From: an uncultured Gemmatimonadales bacterium
GTDB lineage: Bacteria; Gemmatimonadota; Gemmatimonadetes; Gemmatimonadales; GWC2-71-9
Direction: 5' to 3'
Assembly: GCA_963730185.1 (NCBI GenBank)
Contig: CAVSQW010000015.1
Coordinates: 480,001 to 544,000 of the forward strand
Length of the DNA: 64,000 nt
Of the stretch, positions 21,039 through 32,021 are shown one piece after another. A program made the position numbers and the translations under genes. A model generated the notes under the pieces. It was not told where the DNA came from. It ran no database searches and saw only the letters and a list, made by a program, of their open reading frames with translations. Every line of letters begins with the position of its first letter. Positions within the stretch are counted from its first letter, which is position 1.

Positions 21039-23129
21039 ATGAACCTCGACAAGCTCAAAGAGTCGGCGCGCAAGTACGAGCAGGGCGGGCAATGGCGACA
21101 GGCCGTTGACGTCTACAAAAAGGCGCTCCGGGAGTTCGAGGAATCAGGCGAGGGGGTCCCCGACCCGTCGCTCTACAATCGCGTCGGCGACCTCGAGATG
21201 AAGAGCGGCGACTCGGGCGCGGCGGTCCGAGCCTACGAGCAGGCCGCCGATCTTTACACCGAGCAGGGCTTTTTTAACAACGCCATCGCCCTTTGCGGCA
21301 AGATTCTCCGGATCAACGCCAGCCGCACGGCCACCTACCTCCGCCTCGCCCAGCTGAACGCCCGCAAGAACTTCGTCGGCGAAGCCCGGAAGAACCTCCT
21401 CGAGTACGTGGACCGGATGGAGGCGCTGAACCACCGGGAAGAAGCCTTCAACTCGGTCCGGGTCTTCGCCGACCAGTTCACCGGCAACCCCGACATCCGG
21501 GTGATGCTCGTCGAGCTGCTCACCACCGCGGCCGACGGCCACGAAGGGCGGACCCAGTTCCGGAAGCTCGCCGAGGAGCTGGAGACCCGGGAAGGCGGCG
21601 TGGTCACGACCAATGGCGGCGACTTGACCCAGATTCCCGACGTCGACACGCCGGCGCCGTCGCCGATGGGGGCCGGGGCGGGCGACCTGGTGTTCATCGA
21701 CGTCGGCGCCTCCGGCCGGGTCCCCGACGCGGAGCCGGTCGAGGGCCTGGAGATTCACCGGCCGGACGAGGGCGACGCGGAGGGCTGGCGGCGCGACACC
21801 AGCCTGGTCGAAGGGCTCGAAGTCATCAGCGGCGGCGTCGACGACGATCCCGACGCGCCGGTCATCTCGGGCGCGACGCCGGCCGATCCCTTCGATGCCG
21901 ACGACCCCGACTCGATGCTGGACATCGACGCCTATCCGCCGGTGGAGGACCAGGGGGAGATCGCCCTGACCTCGGTGGACCTCGACGCGGATGCGGCCCG
22001 GGAGAGCCATCCCAGCGTAGCCATGCCCTTCGAGACGCTCGAAGACGCCACCCACGCCGATCCCCGGCAGGACGCCGTCGAGCCGGACCAAGGCACCGAC
22101 GAGGCGGATCAGGATCTCGTCTTCCTGTCGGTCGACGACGGCGAGGCCGACGACGCGCCGACGACCGCCTCGCCGACGTCGGCGGTGGACGACGATCCGG
22201 CGGTGGCGGCGCGCAGCCGGGCGCAGGTGCTGCTGGACGTGGGCGACCAAGGCGGGGCGGTGGCGGCGCTCGAGGACGCGGTCCAGCGGTTCGAGGCAAC
22301 CGGCCGCTACGACGAGGCCCTCGAGGTGGCCGATCGCCTGAGCCGGCTCGAGCCGTCGGCCGTGTTTCGCTACCAGAAGCGGGTGGAGCTGGCCTATCGC
22401 TGCGGCCGCCGCGACGTGATGCTTCAGGCCTATCTTGGCCTGGCCGACGCGCTCCTTCGGAACGGCGGTACCGACCACGCCGTGGTGGTGTACCGGCGGG
22501 TCCTCGAGCACGATCCCGGCAATGCCGTCGCCCGGGCCGCGCTGGCCAACCTGGCGCCGCCCCCGGCGGTGGCCGCCGAAGAGCCCGAGCCGCCGGCCGG
22601 GTCGTTCGTGGATCTGGGGAGCTTGATCCTCGACGAGCCCTCCAGTCGCGATACCCGGATCCGGGTTGGTCAGGCCGCCCCGATCGAAGACGAGGACCAG
22701 GCCTTTCTCGAAGCCCTGGCGCAGTTCAAGCGCGGGATCGACGAGAATCTCGATGCCGAGGATTTCCAGGCCCACTACGACCTGGGGATCGCCTTCAAGG
22801 AGATGGGACTCCTCGACGAGGCAATCGCCCAGTTCCAGAAGGCGCTCCGGTCGCCGGAAGGGCGGCTCAAGACCTCCGAGCAACTGGGGATCGCCTTCTA
22901 CGAGAAGAGCCGGTTCGCGATTTCCGAAGCGGTCCTCCGACGAGCGGTCGACAGCCTGCCCGGCGGTGACGAGGACAAGATCGGGCTGATCTACTGGCTG
23001 GGGCGGGCGGTCGAGGCGCAACGGCGTCAGGACGAGTCCGTCCGGTGCTACGAGCGGGTCCTGGCCGTCGACATCCGGTTCCTCGACGTGGGGGAGCGAA
23101 TGCAGCGCCTCACCGCGGAGCCCACATGA
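21039..23129 (+). CDS. Multi-TPR protein with long acidic linker
   Basis: N-terminal TPRs, Asp/Pro-rich middle, C-terminal HYDLGIAFKEMGLLDEAIAQFQKA TPRs. Confidence 0.8.
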   Translation: MNLDKLKESARKYEQGGQWRQAVDVYKKALREFEESGEGVPDPSLYNRVGDLEMKSGDSGAAVRAYEQAADLYTEQGFFNNAIALCGKILRINASRTATYLRLAQLNARKNFVGEARKNLLEYVDRMEALNHREEAFNSVRVFADQFTGNPDIRVMLVELLTTAADGHEGRTQFRKLAEELETREGGVVTTNGGDLTQIPDVDTPAPSPMGAGAGDLVFIDVGASGRVPDAEPVEGLEIHRPDEGDAEGWRRDTSLVEGLEVISGGVDDDPDAPVISGATPADPFDADDPDSMLDIDAYPPVEDQGEIALTSVDLDADAARESHPSVAMPFETLEDATHADPRQDAVEPDQGTDEADQDLVFLSVDDGEADDAPTTASPTSAVDDDPAVAARSRAQVLLDVGDQGGAVAALEDAVQRFEATGRYDEALEVADRLSRLEPSAVFRYQKRVELAYRCGRRDVMLQAYLGLADALLRNGGTDHAVVVYRRVLEHDPGNAVARAALANLAPPPAVAAEEPEPPAGSFVDLGSLILDEPSSRDTRIRVGQAAPIEDEDQAFLEALAQFKRGIDENLDAEDFQAHYDLGIAFKEMGLLDEAIAQFQKALRSPEGRLKTSEQLGIAFYEKSRFAISEAVLRRAVDSLPGGDEDKIGLIYWLGRAVEAQRRQDESVRCYERVLAVDIRFLDVGERMQRLTAEPT

Positions 23130-24115
23130 TCTCCGAGGCCGCGCCGGTGACCCTGGCCGAGCTCCAGGCTTCGGTGCAGGACGAGCTCGACCAGGTCCGG
23201 CGCTCGCTCGCCGACCTGGTCGCCGCCGACTTCGGCCTGATCGACGAGGTGAACTCCCATCTCCTCCGGATGCAGGGCAAGCTGTTCCGGCCCACGCTGC
23301 TGCTGCTCGTGAACCAGGCGACCCGGAGTCCCGATCCCCGCGCGGTTCGCCTGGCCGCGGTGGTGGAGCTGATCCACCTGGCCACCCTGGTGCACGACGA
23401 TTCGGTGGACCACTCGGTCCTTCGCCGGGGCATGCCGACGATCAACTCGCTGTTCAGCCACCAGGTCTCGGTGATCATGGGCGACTATCTGTACTCGCGC
23501 GCCGTGATCCAGCTGGTCGAGCTGGGCGACCTTCGGGCGCTCGGGGTGCTGAGCCGGGTCACCAACGAGATGACCATCGGGGAGATGCGACAGCTCCTGG
23601 CCCACGACCCGCTGACCTTCTCCGAGGAGAGCTACGACCTCCTGATCCGGGCCAAGACGGCGTCGCTCCTCTCGGGGGCGTGCGAGTGCGGGGCCCTGAC
23701 GGCGTCTCCGGAACGAACGGCCGCCATGGCCCGCTTCGGAAACGCCCTCGGAATGGCTTTTCAGATCGTCGACGACCTCCTCGACTTCACCGAGGTCGAG
23801 GCCGTTACCGGCAAGCCGTCCGGGCAGGACCTGAAGGAGCACAAAGTGACCCTACCGTTGATTCATGCCCTGCCGCGGCTCTCCCCAACGGAGCGGAACG
23901 ACGTGTCTGGCCTGATGAACACCCCCGTGCCGTCCCCCGATCAAATCGCGGTGGTGGTCGAGCACGTAGGGCAGGCGGGCGGACTCGACTACGCCCGTGA
24001 CCGGGCGATCCGGCATGGCCAGGAGGCCGAGCGGGAGTTGGAGCATCTTCCCGCGAGCCCAGCCCGGGAGCTGCTCCGGGCCAGCATCGCGTACGTGCTG
24101 GACCGCCGCCGCTGA
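23126..24115 (+). CDS. Long-chain trans-polyprenyl diphosphate synthase (IspB/HepT family)
   Basis: GKLFRP, ATLVHDDSVD..LRRG, KTA, AFQIVDDLLD, GKPSGQDL. Confidence 0.92.
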   Translation: MISEAAPVTLAELQASVQDELDQVRRSLADLVAADFGLIDEVNSHLLRMQGKLFRPTLLLLVNQATRSPDPRAVRLAAVVELIHLATLVHDDSVDHSVLRRGMPTINSLFSHQVSVIMGDYLYSRAVIQLVELGDLRALGVLSRVTNEMTIGEMRQLLAHDPLTFSEESYDLLIRAKTASLLSGACECGALTASPERTAAMARFGNALGMAFQIVDDLLDFTEVEAVTGKPSGQDLKEHKVTLPLIHALPRLSPTERNDVSGLMNTPVPSPDQIAVVVEHVGQAGGLDYARDRAIRHGQEAERELEHLPASPARELLRASIAYVLDRRR

Positions 24116-24384
24116 TGAAAGGCCCCCGCCGCCCGCGTTTCTACGCGACCATCCTCGTCACCGGGTTCCTGCTGGGCGGCTTTCTGAACGCCTTCCTCCG
24201 GAAGGTGCTGCCCGACAGCCCGACCAAGGCCTTCTTCACCTTTTCCGTGCAGGGGGAGGTTGGCCCTGTCCCGATCAACCTGCTGGTGGTACACTTCACC
24301 CTCGGTCCGGTGGGCGTCGACATGTCACTCCTGAGTGTCGTCGGAGTCCTCCTGGCCTATCTGGTGGCGAAGTCGCTCTTTTAG
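24115..24384 (+). CDS. Small membrane protein (DUF4321-like)
   Basis: 89 aa with two hydrophobic segments; coupled to the upstream stop (TGATG). Confidence 0.6.
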   Translation: MKGPRRPRFYATILVTGFLLGGFLNAFLRKVLPDSPTKAFFTFSVQGEVGPVPINLLVVHFTLGPVGVDMSLLSVVGVLLAYLVAKSLF

Positions 24385-24399
24385 GCGGAGGCCGGCAGC

Positions 24400-24657
24400 A
24401 TGTTGGGCAACTTGGGTTTTTCGGAAATCATGATCCTCCTACTGGTCGTGCTCTTGGTGTTCGGAGCTCGCCGGCTACCCGAGATCGGGCAGTCCCTGGG
24501 CAAGGGGATTCGGGAGTTCAAGCGGAGTCTGACTGACACGCAGGAGGCGGTGACCAGCGGGATGGACGACCGGCCACAGGTGACCGGGCGTCACATCGAC
24601 GCGCCTCCCTCCCAGCAACAGCCGACCGGTAGCGAGCCGAAGCGGCTGTCGCAGTAG
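24400..24657 (+). CDS. tatA: Twin-arginine translocase TatA
   Basis: LGFSEIMILLLVVLLVFGARRLPEIGQSLGKGIREFK; SD GGAGG. Confidence 0.95.
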   Translation: MLGNLGFSEIMILLLVVLLVFGARRLPEIGQSLGKGIREFKRSLTDTQEAVTSGMDDRPQVTGRHIDAPPSQQQPTGSEPKRLSQ

Positions 24658-24672
24658 TCGAATTGGTGGAGT

Positions 24673-24709
24673 CGAAAGAGGGGGCGGCCATCGGCCGCCC
24701 CCTCTTTCG
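24673..24709. terminator. Bidirectional terminator between convergent tatA and ppiD
   Basis: Perfect 17-bp stem CGAAAGAGGGGGCGGCC / GGCCGCCCCCTCTTTCG with ATC loop. Confidence 0.85.
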
Positions 24710-24728
24710 TGTGCTGGTTGCCGCCGGC

Positions 24729-26590
24729 TCAGAACTGGGCGGCGGAGGTCTGGGCGTTCTGGGCCGCAGTCTTGTAGACCTCGTTCCGGTAGTCGGCCAC
24801 CTTGGCCTTGTCGCGAAGCGCGGTCACGTAGGACTGGACCCGGCTCCGGCGGGCCGTCTGGAGGGCCTGGGCCCGGATCGACGGGAGATTCTTGGCGAAG
24901 TCCGCCGAGTCGGCCGGGAGGTGCTGCAACTGCTGGATCACGTAGACGGCCGGGCCGGCGGCGCCGGGGCCGCTGCCATCGACCTCGATCGGCGGGCTCA
25001 CCGCGCCCTGCCTGAGTCCGAAGGACGCCCCGATCAAGGCGGGGTCGGGTAGGGGGGCGGTCAGGCGGGCGAACGGCCCCAGCACCTGATAGCCGAAGCC
25101 CATGGTCTTGCTCGCCTGCTCCAGGCTGGACCCGGCGGCCGCTTTGGCCAGTTGCTCGCCCAACTCCCGCGCCTTGGCCAGCTTCTTGGACAGCTTCACC
25201 TTCTGCTCGACCTCAGTCTTGATCGCCTCGAACGCCGGGACGCCTTCCTGGTGGAGGCTGTCGAGCCGGAAGACGTAGAAGGCGGTCGGCGATTCGACCA
25301 CCGGACTCTGCTCGTCGGGCTGGGCCTGGAACGCCCAAGTCCCGGCGTCGGGTACGAAGCCGGCGCCAGGCACGAACACCCGGGCCCCCTTGGTCACGGG
25401 GCCGACCTGATGGATCGTGAGACCGAGGGCCCGGGCCGCGGTATCGATCGCGGCCCGGTCGAGCTTCTCGGCTGCCAGGGTCTCGAGCGAGTCGGCTTCG
25501 GCGTCGAGCTTGTCGCGATGCTCGCCGGTCACCTCGATCGGGATCAGAATGTGTCGGGCGTGGAAGCTGTCGGCCTTCCGGCTCTCGACCTTGATGAGGT
25601 GGAAGCCGAACTGGGTAAGCACCGGCTGGGAGAGGGAATTGAGGGGCAGCTTCGCCACCGCGTCGGCGAAGGCCGGCACCACCTGGCTCTTCCCCATCTC
25701 GCCCAGGTCGCCGCCCTCCGCGCCGCTCACCGTGTCGGCCGATTCGCGGCGCGCCACCTCGTCGAACGGCGTGCCACCCTCGATCTCCGTCCGAAGCGAC
25801 TCGGCCCGATCGAGCGCCGCGGCGGTGTCCGACGCCAGAGGCACCCGGGGAATCGAGACGTAGCTCAGGTAGGCGCTCTCGGGCTGCTTGAACTCGTCCG
25901 GGTGCGCGTCGTAGTAGCTCCGGGCCTCGTCGGGCGTGACCGTGGCGGCCTCGTCGGTGACATTCACGGCGGGGTCGATCTTGGCCAGCCCGATCTTCAC
26001 CTGCTCCCGCTCGTCGCGGTAACGCTCCCACAGAGCGGGGTCGGAGATGAAGACGTCGCCGACGACCGACCGGAACAGTTTGGCCTGGAGCAGTTGCTGC
26101 CGATACTGAGCTTCGAGACCGGGAATCACGGACTGGCCGATGGACGAGGCCAGCCAACGCTGGTATTTCTCAGGATCGAACTTGCCGTTGGTCTGGAGCT
26201 CGGGCAGCTGCTGCAGCTCGGGCAGGGGGATGTTCCGGATCGCCTCGGCGACCTCGTCGGGGGTGACGGTCAGGTCGTGGCGGGAGTATCCTGCTGGAAC
26301 AGGATCTCCTGGACCACCTGGTTCCAGACTTGGTCGCGGACCTGGTTGATTTCGTCGAGTCCCAGGTTCTCGTTGGTTCGCTGCTGCTGCTCGTTGATTG
26401 CGTTCTGGACGCGCTGGTCGAAGGTCCGAACGTCGATGGACCGGCCGTTGACTTTGCCGACCGTGGTCCGGGTGAGCAGCCCGCCGCCGCCGGAACCCAA
26501 GCCACTGAGGTCCCAGACCAGCCACATGAAAAAGGCGATGGTCAGGACGAGGATGATCGGTTTGGCGGCGTTTCGAAATGCTTGCATCAT
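24729..26590 (-). CDS. ppiD: PpiD/SurA-like periplasmic parvulin-type PPIase chaperone; frameshift near 26285-26295
   Basis: N-terminal anchor MMQAFRNAAKPIILVLTIAFF then VGKVNG in one frame; GGDLG, PVLTQFGFHLIKV, ARHILI in the other. Confidence 0.85.
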
Positions 26591-26752
26591 CGGGAGATAC
26601 GCTCCGGGTCCCACGCGTGGAGTAAGCGCACAATTCTAACGCCGGAGCCCGCCGCTCTCAAGCGAGCCGTTTGGCACGCCGATTGACAGGCTCTCGGTGC
26701 AGTGAGTAATGTTTCCTCAAATGCGACAACAACTTAGCCGATAGGCCCCAGG

Positions 26753-28612
26753 ATGGCGCCTTCCCGCGAGATCGAGAAACTGCAGCGCCGCTGGCAGGAA
26801 AACCCACTCGGGTTGACCTTCGCGCCGCTGGCCGAGGCCTATCGGAAGGAAGGGCTGTACGCCGACGCGTTGGAATTGCTCGAGATCGGCCTGACCCAGC
26901 ACCCCAACTACGTCCCCGCCCATATCGTCCGGGGCCGCTGTCATCTCGATACCCGATCGGACGCCGAGGCAGCAGCCGCCTTTCAGCGGGTGCTTGACCT
27001 CGACCCCGAGAACGTAATCGCCCTGAAGGGTCTGGCGGAGACATCCGAGCGCTCCAGCCGGTTCGAGGACGCGGCCAGCCACCTGGAGGTCCTGCTCGCC
27101 GTTGATCGCAACAACGACGATGCCCGGGCCCAACTGGATCGGGTTCGCTCGATGCTGGTAACTCCGTCGCCGGGGACGATCGACCCCGAGCCGGTGGTCA
27201 TCGGTGCCGGCCGGCCGGGCGCCCCCGAGCCCGACCAGCCGCCCCCGGCTTCGGAAGAGCTCGAAACCCCGGCACCCCCGATGGAGCCGTTCGTGGTGCG
27301 GGTTGACGCCGAGGAACCTACCGACCCCGGGGTCTCGCTCGAAGGGTCCGAGACCTTCGCCGCGCCCGAGGTGGTCACCCAGGGCGAAGGCCTGCCGCCG
27401 GCCGAACTGGCGGCCGCCGCCGCGGCGGCGGATGAGACGGTCGGGGCCGACCAGCCGGCCGACGAGCCGCTGGCGGACACGCAGGAGCCGGTTCGCGCCG
27501 AGGTGGTCGACGGCGAGGCTCACGACCTCGAGGTGGTGCTGTTCCAACCGGTGGAACTCATGGCCGGCGGCGCCAACGACTACCAGGTCCCGAGCGACGC
27601 CGACGATCTCCATCCGCGGGCCGAGTCCGACGGAGACCCGATGGACGGGATCGAGCTCGAAGGGGAGGGGTTGCGGATCGAGCTTGACGACCAGGCTCTC
27701 GGGGGCAGTGCCGAGGCCCCGGCTCCGGGCGCGGCGGGCGAGGCCAAGCCGAGCCGCGACGACGAGCCCGCCCCGGAAGAGCCGGCCATGGCCGAGGCCG
27801 TCGAGGAGCCGGCCGAGCCGGCTGAGCCGGCCGAGCCGGCTGAGCCGGCCGAGCCCGTCGAGTCGGCCGAGCCGGCGGAGCCCATCGTGCCGGATACCAC
27901 CGTCGACGAAGAGGCTGCGGTCGGCGTGCCGGAGCCCTTCGCATCCCTGGTCGAGGCGGCGGCAGCGCCGTCGCTCCCGGTGGAAGCCCCGCCCGAGCCC
28001 GCCCCCGTCGCGGCGCTTCCGCCGGCCGACCTCGACGGCGGCCCCGAGTTCGACGCCCTGGCCGACGAGGCCGAGCCCCCGGAGCCGGAGCAGTTGCTCA
28101 CCTCCGACGGGAACGACACCCCGGGCGACGAGCCCGAATTGGTGGTGACCGAGTCCATGGCGGAGGTTTTCCTCCGGCAGGGTCACCGGGAGCTGGCGTT
28201 GGCGGTCTATAGCCAGCTCGCGCAGCGTGACCCGCACAACCAGCGGATCCGCGAGGCCCGTCAGGCGCTGGAGACCGAGCTCCGGCCGGCGGCCGCTTCG
28301 GCCCTCCCCGCCTATGCCGCGGCACTCACCGGAGGCCAGTCCGTGCGAGGCTACTTCGAGCAACTCCTCGGCGCGGCCAAGCCGGGGCCGGGGCCCACGC
28401 TTGGCGCGGTGTTTGGCGAGGCCGCCGGCCCCGAGGCCGCCGATCCGGTGGAGGCCGGACCGAGCTACGACGAGTTCTTCCAGGACCGGGGCGGTCCGGC
28501 TGAGATCCCGCGTGCCCGGCCGACGCCGCCGCCCCGGCCGGCCCCAGGCGCCGGGCCGGAGGCCGAAGACATCGAGGAGTTCAACACCTGGCTCCGGGGC
28601 CTCAAGCGCTGA
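26753..28612 (+). CDS. TPR protein with Glu/Pro/Ala-rich low-complexity linker
   Basis: FAPLAEAYRKEG..HPNYVPAHIVRGRC TPRs, VTESMAEVFLRQGH, C-terminal FNTWLRGLK. Confidence 0.8.
   Translation: MAPSREIEKLQRRWQENPLGLTFAPLAEAYRKEGLYADALELLEIGLTQHPNYVPAHIVRGRCHLDTRSDAEAAAAFQRVLDLDPENVIALKGLAETSERSSRFEDAASHLEVLLAVDRNNDDARAQLDRVRSMLVTPSPGTIDPEPVVIGAGRPGAPEPDQPPPASEELETPAPPMEPFVVRVDAEEPTDPGVSLEGSETFAAPEVVTQGEGLPPAELAAAAAAADETVGADQPADEPLADTQEPVRAEVVDGEAHDLEVVLFQPVELMAGGANDYQVPSDADDLHPRAESDGDPMDGIELEGEGLRIELDDQALGGSAEAPAPGAAGEAKPSRDDEPAPEEPAMAEAVEEPAEPAEPAEPAEPAEPVESAEPAEPIVPDTTVDEEAAVGVPEPFASLVEAAAAPSLPVEAPPEPAPVAALPPADLDGGPEFDALADEAEPPEPEQLLTSDGNDTPGDEPELVVTESMAEVFLRQGHRELALAVYSQLAQRDPHNQRIREARQALETELRPAAASALPAYAAALTGGQSVRGYFEQLLGAAKPGPGPTLGAVFGEAAGPEAADPVEAGPSYDEFFQDRGGPAEIPRARPTPPPRPAPGAGPEAEDIEEFNTWLRGLKR
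27806..27883 (+). repeat. In-frame 9-bp coding repeat GAGCCGGCY encoding (EPA)n
   Basis: EPAEPAEPAEPAEPAEPVESAEPAEP in the TPR protein. Confidence 0.8.
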
Positions 28613-29050
28613 ATGCGGGTTACCGTCCTCAACGGCCCCAATCTCAACCTTCTCGGAACCCGCGAGCCGGAGCGCTACGGCCGGGCCACCCTGGCCGAGG
28701 TCGAGGCCCTGGTCCGGACCGAGGCCCAGGGCCTGGGGGCCGAGATCGACTGGTTCCAGAGCAATCACGAAGGTGCCCTGGTCGATCGGATCCAGGCCCT
28801 GGCCGGCGGGGTCGGCGGTCTGATCCTGAACGCGGGCGCCTACACCCACACCAGCCTGGCAATTCGGGACGCGCTACTCGCCGTCCAGGTCCCCTTCGTC
28901 GAGGTGCATCTGTCGAACCTGTTCGCGCGGGAGAGCCGCCGGCGGCGGTCGCTCTTCGGCGATCTGGCGATCGGGGTGATCACCGGCTTCGGCCCGACCG
29001 GATACCTGCTGGCCCTCCGGGCGCTCCATGCCCGCCTGGGCGATGTCTGA
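28613..29050 (+). CDS. aroQ: Type II 3-dehydroquinate dehydratase
   Basis: [45 protein letters not shown]. Confidence 0.97.
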   Translation: MRVTVLNGPNLNLLGTREPERYGRATLAEVEALVRTEAQGLGAEIDWFQSNHEGALVDRIQALAGGVGGLILNAGAYTHTSLAIRDALLAVQVPFVEVHLSNLFARESRRRRSLFGDLAIGVITGFGPTGYLLALRALHARLGDV

Positions 29051-30128
29051 GGCCGCGGCCCGCCGGCAGCGGGCCCTGCGCCAGAGCTGGTCGGAGCGGG
29101 AGCTGGACGGCCACCTGATCGTCGCTGGGGCCAACCTCCGCTACCTGACTGAGTTCACCGGCTCGTCGGGGCTCCTGGTGCTCACCGCCCAGGCGAGCGT
29201 GCTGGTCACCGACTTCCGCTACGCCACCCAGGCGCCGGTCGAGGCGGGCGACGCGGCTGAGGTGCGGATCGAGAAGAGTGACCTCTGGGAGGGCGTCCGG
29301 CAGGTGGTCCGAGCGCTGGGGGTGCGGCGGCTGGGAGTGGAGCGCGACCGGCTGACGCTGTCCGACGCGCGCCAGCTGGACGACCTCGGCGGGGCGGAGG
29401 TGGTGCCGACCACCGGGCTGGTGGAGCGGCTCCGGGAGTCCAAGGACCCGGACGAGGTCGCGGCCATCCGAGAGGCGGCGGTGCTGGCGGGCGACGCTCT
29501 GGCGTCGATCCTGAGCTTCATCCGCCCCGGGCGAACCGAGCTCGAGATCGCGGCCGAGTTGGAGGCGGCGCTCCGGCGGCGAGGCAGCGAATGGTTTCCG
29601 TTCCCGTCGATCGTGGCCTCGGGGCCGCGCAGCGCCTTGCCCCATGCCCGTTGCAGCACCCGGACGGTGGAGCGCGGGGAGTGGCTGGTGATTGATTTCG
29701 GGGCCCAGATCCGGGGGTATTGCTCGGATCTGACCCGGACCTTCGTCGTCGGCGCGCCGGCCACCGATCGGCAGCGGGAGGTGTACGAAGTGGTCCGCCG
29801 GGCGCAGGCCCGGGCGCTGGCGGGGATACAGGCGGGACTGACCGGTCGCGAGGCCGATGCCTTGGCCCGTGAAGTCATTGCGGCCGATGGGCTTGGGGCG
29901 GCGTTCGGGCACTCGCTCGGGCACGGTCTGGGGCTCGAGGTCCACGAGGCCCCGCGGCTGTCGCAGACCAACGACCGGCCGCTCCCGGCCGGCGCCGTGG
30001 TGACCGTGGAGCCGGGCGTCTATCTTGAGGGGTGGGGGGGCGTCCGGATCGAAGATGACATCGTGCTCAGGTCCGATGGGGCGGAATGCCTGTCGGACGG
30101 ACGCACCGAACTGGTCGAGCTGACCTGA
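29043..30128 (+). CDS. Xaa-Pro aminopeptidase (M24 family)
   Basis: [53 protein letters not shown]. Confidence 0.93.
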   Translation: MSEAAARRQRALRQSWSERELDGHLIVAGANLRYLTEFTGSSGLLVLTAQASVLVTDFRYATQAPVEAGDAAEVRIEKSDLWEGVRQVVRALGVRRLGVERDRLTLSDARQLDDLGGAEVVPTTGLVERLRESKDPDEVAAIREAAVLAGDALASILSFIRPGRTELEIAAELEAALRRRGSEWFPFPSIVASGPRSALPHARCSTRTVERGEWLVIDFGAQIRGYCSDLTRTFVVGAPATDRQREVYEVVRRAQARALAGIQAGLTGREADALAREVIAADGLGAAFGHSLGHGLGLEVHEAPRLSQTNDRPLPAGAVVTVEPGVYLEGWGGVRIEDDIVLRSDGAECLSDGRTELVELT

Positions 30129-30148
30129 ACCGTCGGTCCGAGCATTCA

Positions 30149-30691
30149 ATGACTCCAGAAGAGATCAAAGCGCTGGCCGAAGTGCTCGATAAGGTCCCCG
30201 GGATCAAGGGGATCGATTTCAAGGACGTCCGCCGGCTCACCGAGCTCCTGAGAGCCTCGCCCGAGATCGGGTCGATCGAGCTCAAGGGCTGGTTCGGCAC
30301 CGGGGTGGTGATCACCCGGACGGCGTCGCGGCCGGCCCAGGTCGCCCCGATGGCGATGCTGCCGGCCGCCGGCCAGGCGGCCCCGCCCGGGGCCGGCGCC
30401 CCGAGCGGCGGCGAGGCGGCCGACCCGCCCAAGGCGGCGGCCTCGAGCCTGAAGGAGATCAAGTCTCCGATGGTCGGCACCTTTTATGCTTCGCCCGAGC
30501 CGGGGGCCGAGCCGTATGCCAAGGCGGGCATGCGAGTCACGCCGGGGCAGACGGTGTGCATCATCGAGGCGATGAAGATCATGAACGAGATCGAGGCCGA
30601 ATTCGGGGGCGTGATCCGGGAGATCTGCGTGGACGACGCCCAGCCGGTCGAGTTCGGCCAGGTCCTCTTCCGGGTCGATCCGCATGCCTGA
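30149..30691 (+). CDS. accB: Acetyl-CoA carboxylase biotin carboxyl carrier protein
   Basis: IKSPMVGTFY, biotinylation motif IIEAMKIMNEIE, PVEFGQ.LF. Confidence 0.96.
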   Translation: MTPEEIKALAEVLDKVPGIKGIDFKDVRRLTELLRASPEIGSIELKGWFGTGVVITRTASRPAQVAPMAMLPAAGQAAPPGAGAPSGGEAADPPKAAASSLKEIKSPMVGTFYASPEPGAEPYAKAGMRVTPGQTVCIIEAMKIMNEIEAEFGGVIREICVDDAQPVEFGQVLFRVDPHA

Positions 30692-31877
30692 ACCGGGCGG
30701 TCCCGACGGCCTGACCGGGCCGCCGCCGTTCAACTTCAAGCAGGCCATCTCGCAGATGGTCCAACGGCAGGCGTCCGACCTGCTGCTGAAGGTGGGCCGC
30801 CCGCCGACCATCCGGGTCAACGGAGACCTCCAGGCGCTCCCGATGCAGCCGATCCGCCCTGAGGAGCTCAAGCACCTCGCGGAGCAGATCATGACGCCCC
30901 GCCAGGTGAAGGAGTTCGCCGAGCGCAAGGAGGCCGACTTCGCGATCGGCGTGCCCGGCGTGGGCCGGTTCCGGACCAACATCTACCAGCAGCGGGGAAC
31001 CCTGGCGTTCGCCTTCCGGGCCATCCCCTACGAAGTGAAGACCCTGCGGGAGCTGATGCTACCCGACGTGCTGGAGACGATTTCGCTCAAGCCGCGGGGG
31101 CTGGTGCTGGTCACCGGCATCACGGGCTCGGGCAAGTCGACCTGTCTCGCCGCGATGATCAATCACATCAACCGCCACCGGCGGGTGAACGTCATCACGG
31201 TCGAGGACCCGATCGAGTTCCTCCACCGCGACCAGATGGCCAACATCTCGCAGCGCGAGGTCGGGAGCGACACCCTCACCTTCGGCGGCGCGCTCCGGCA
31301 CGTGCTCCGGCAGGACCCCGACGTGATCCTGATCGGCGAGATCCGCGACCAGGAGACGCTCGATACCGCGCTCAAGGCGGCCGACACGGGCCACCTGGTC
31401 TTCAGCACGCTGCACACCACCGACACGACCCAATCGATCAGCCGGATCCTGTCGTTCTACCCCCCGCACCAGCAGCAGGAGATTCGCTCGCTGCTCTCCA
31501 CCGCGCTCCACGCCATCATCTGCCTCCGGCTGGTGCCGCGGGCCGACGGCCGGGGGCGGGTGCCGGGTGCCGAGGTCCTGATCAACTCGGCGGCCGTGGC
31601 GGAGAACATCCGGAGCCTGGAGAAGTCGCTCAACATTCCCGACCTGATCTCCGAAGGGTCGATCAGCTACGGGATGCAGTCGTTCGACCAGTCCCTGATG
31701 CAGTGGTACAAGAAGGGCGTCATCAGCTATGAGAGCGCCCTGTTCTATGCCACCAATCCGAGCGAATTCGCGCTGCGGGCCGCCGGCGTCACGGCGGCGT
31801 CGGACCGGACCTTCGCCGAAATCGGCGGGTCGGGCGACACTCCGCCCGATCTGACCCGGGACGTGACGCCCTCCTGA
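30684..31877 (+). CDS. pilT: PilT/PilU family type IV pilus retraction ATPase
   Basis: ASDLLL, RFRTNIYQQRG, Walker A GITGSGKST, EDPIEF, LRQDPDVILIGEIRD, TGHLVFSTLHT, GMQSFDQSL. Confidence 0.9.
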   Translation: MPEPGGPDGLTGPPPFNFKQAISQMVQRQASDLLLKVGRPPTIRVNGDLQALPMQPIRPEELKHLAEQIMTPRQVKEFAERKEADFAIGVPGVGRFRTNIYQQRGTLAFAFRAIPYEVKTLRELMLPDVLETISLKPRGLVLVTGITGSGKSTCLAAMINHINRHRRVNVITVEDPIEFLHRDQMANISQREVGSDTLTFGGALRHVLRQDPDVILIGEIRDQETLDTALKAADTGHLVFSTLHTTDTTQSISRILSFYPPHQQQEIRSLLSTALHAIICLRLVPRADGRGRVPGAEVLINSAAVAENIRSLEKSLNIPDLISEGSISYGMQSFDQSLMQWYKKGVISYESALFYATNPSEFALRAAGVTAASDRTFAEIGGSGDTPPDLTRDVTPS

Positions 31878-32021
31878 TTCAGAGGCGGCGGCCCCGTCGT
31901 CCGGATCCGCCCGAGCTCGCGGAATCCTCCCGACGGCGGACGCACGTCGAGCTACCGTTTACCGATCGCCGGCCGGCCCCAGGGGCTGGGCCTCGCAGCC
32001 GAGGAGGGCGATGATGGTGAT

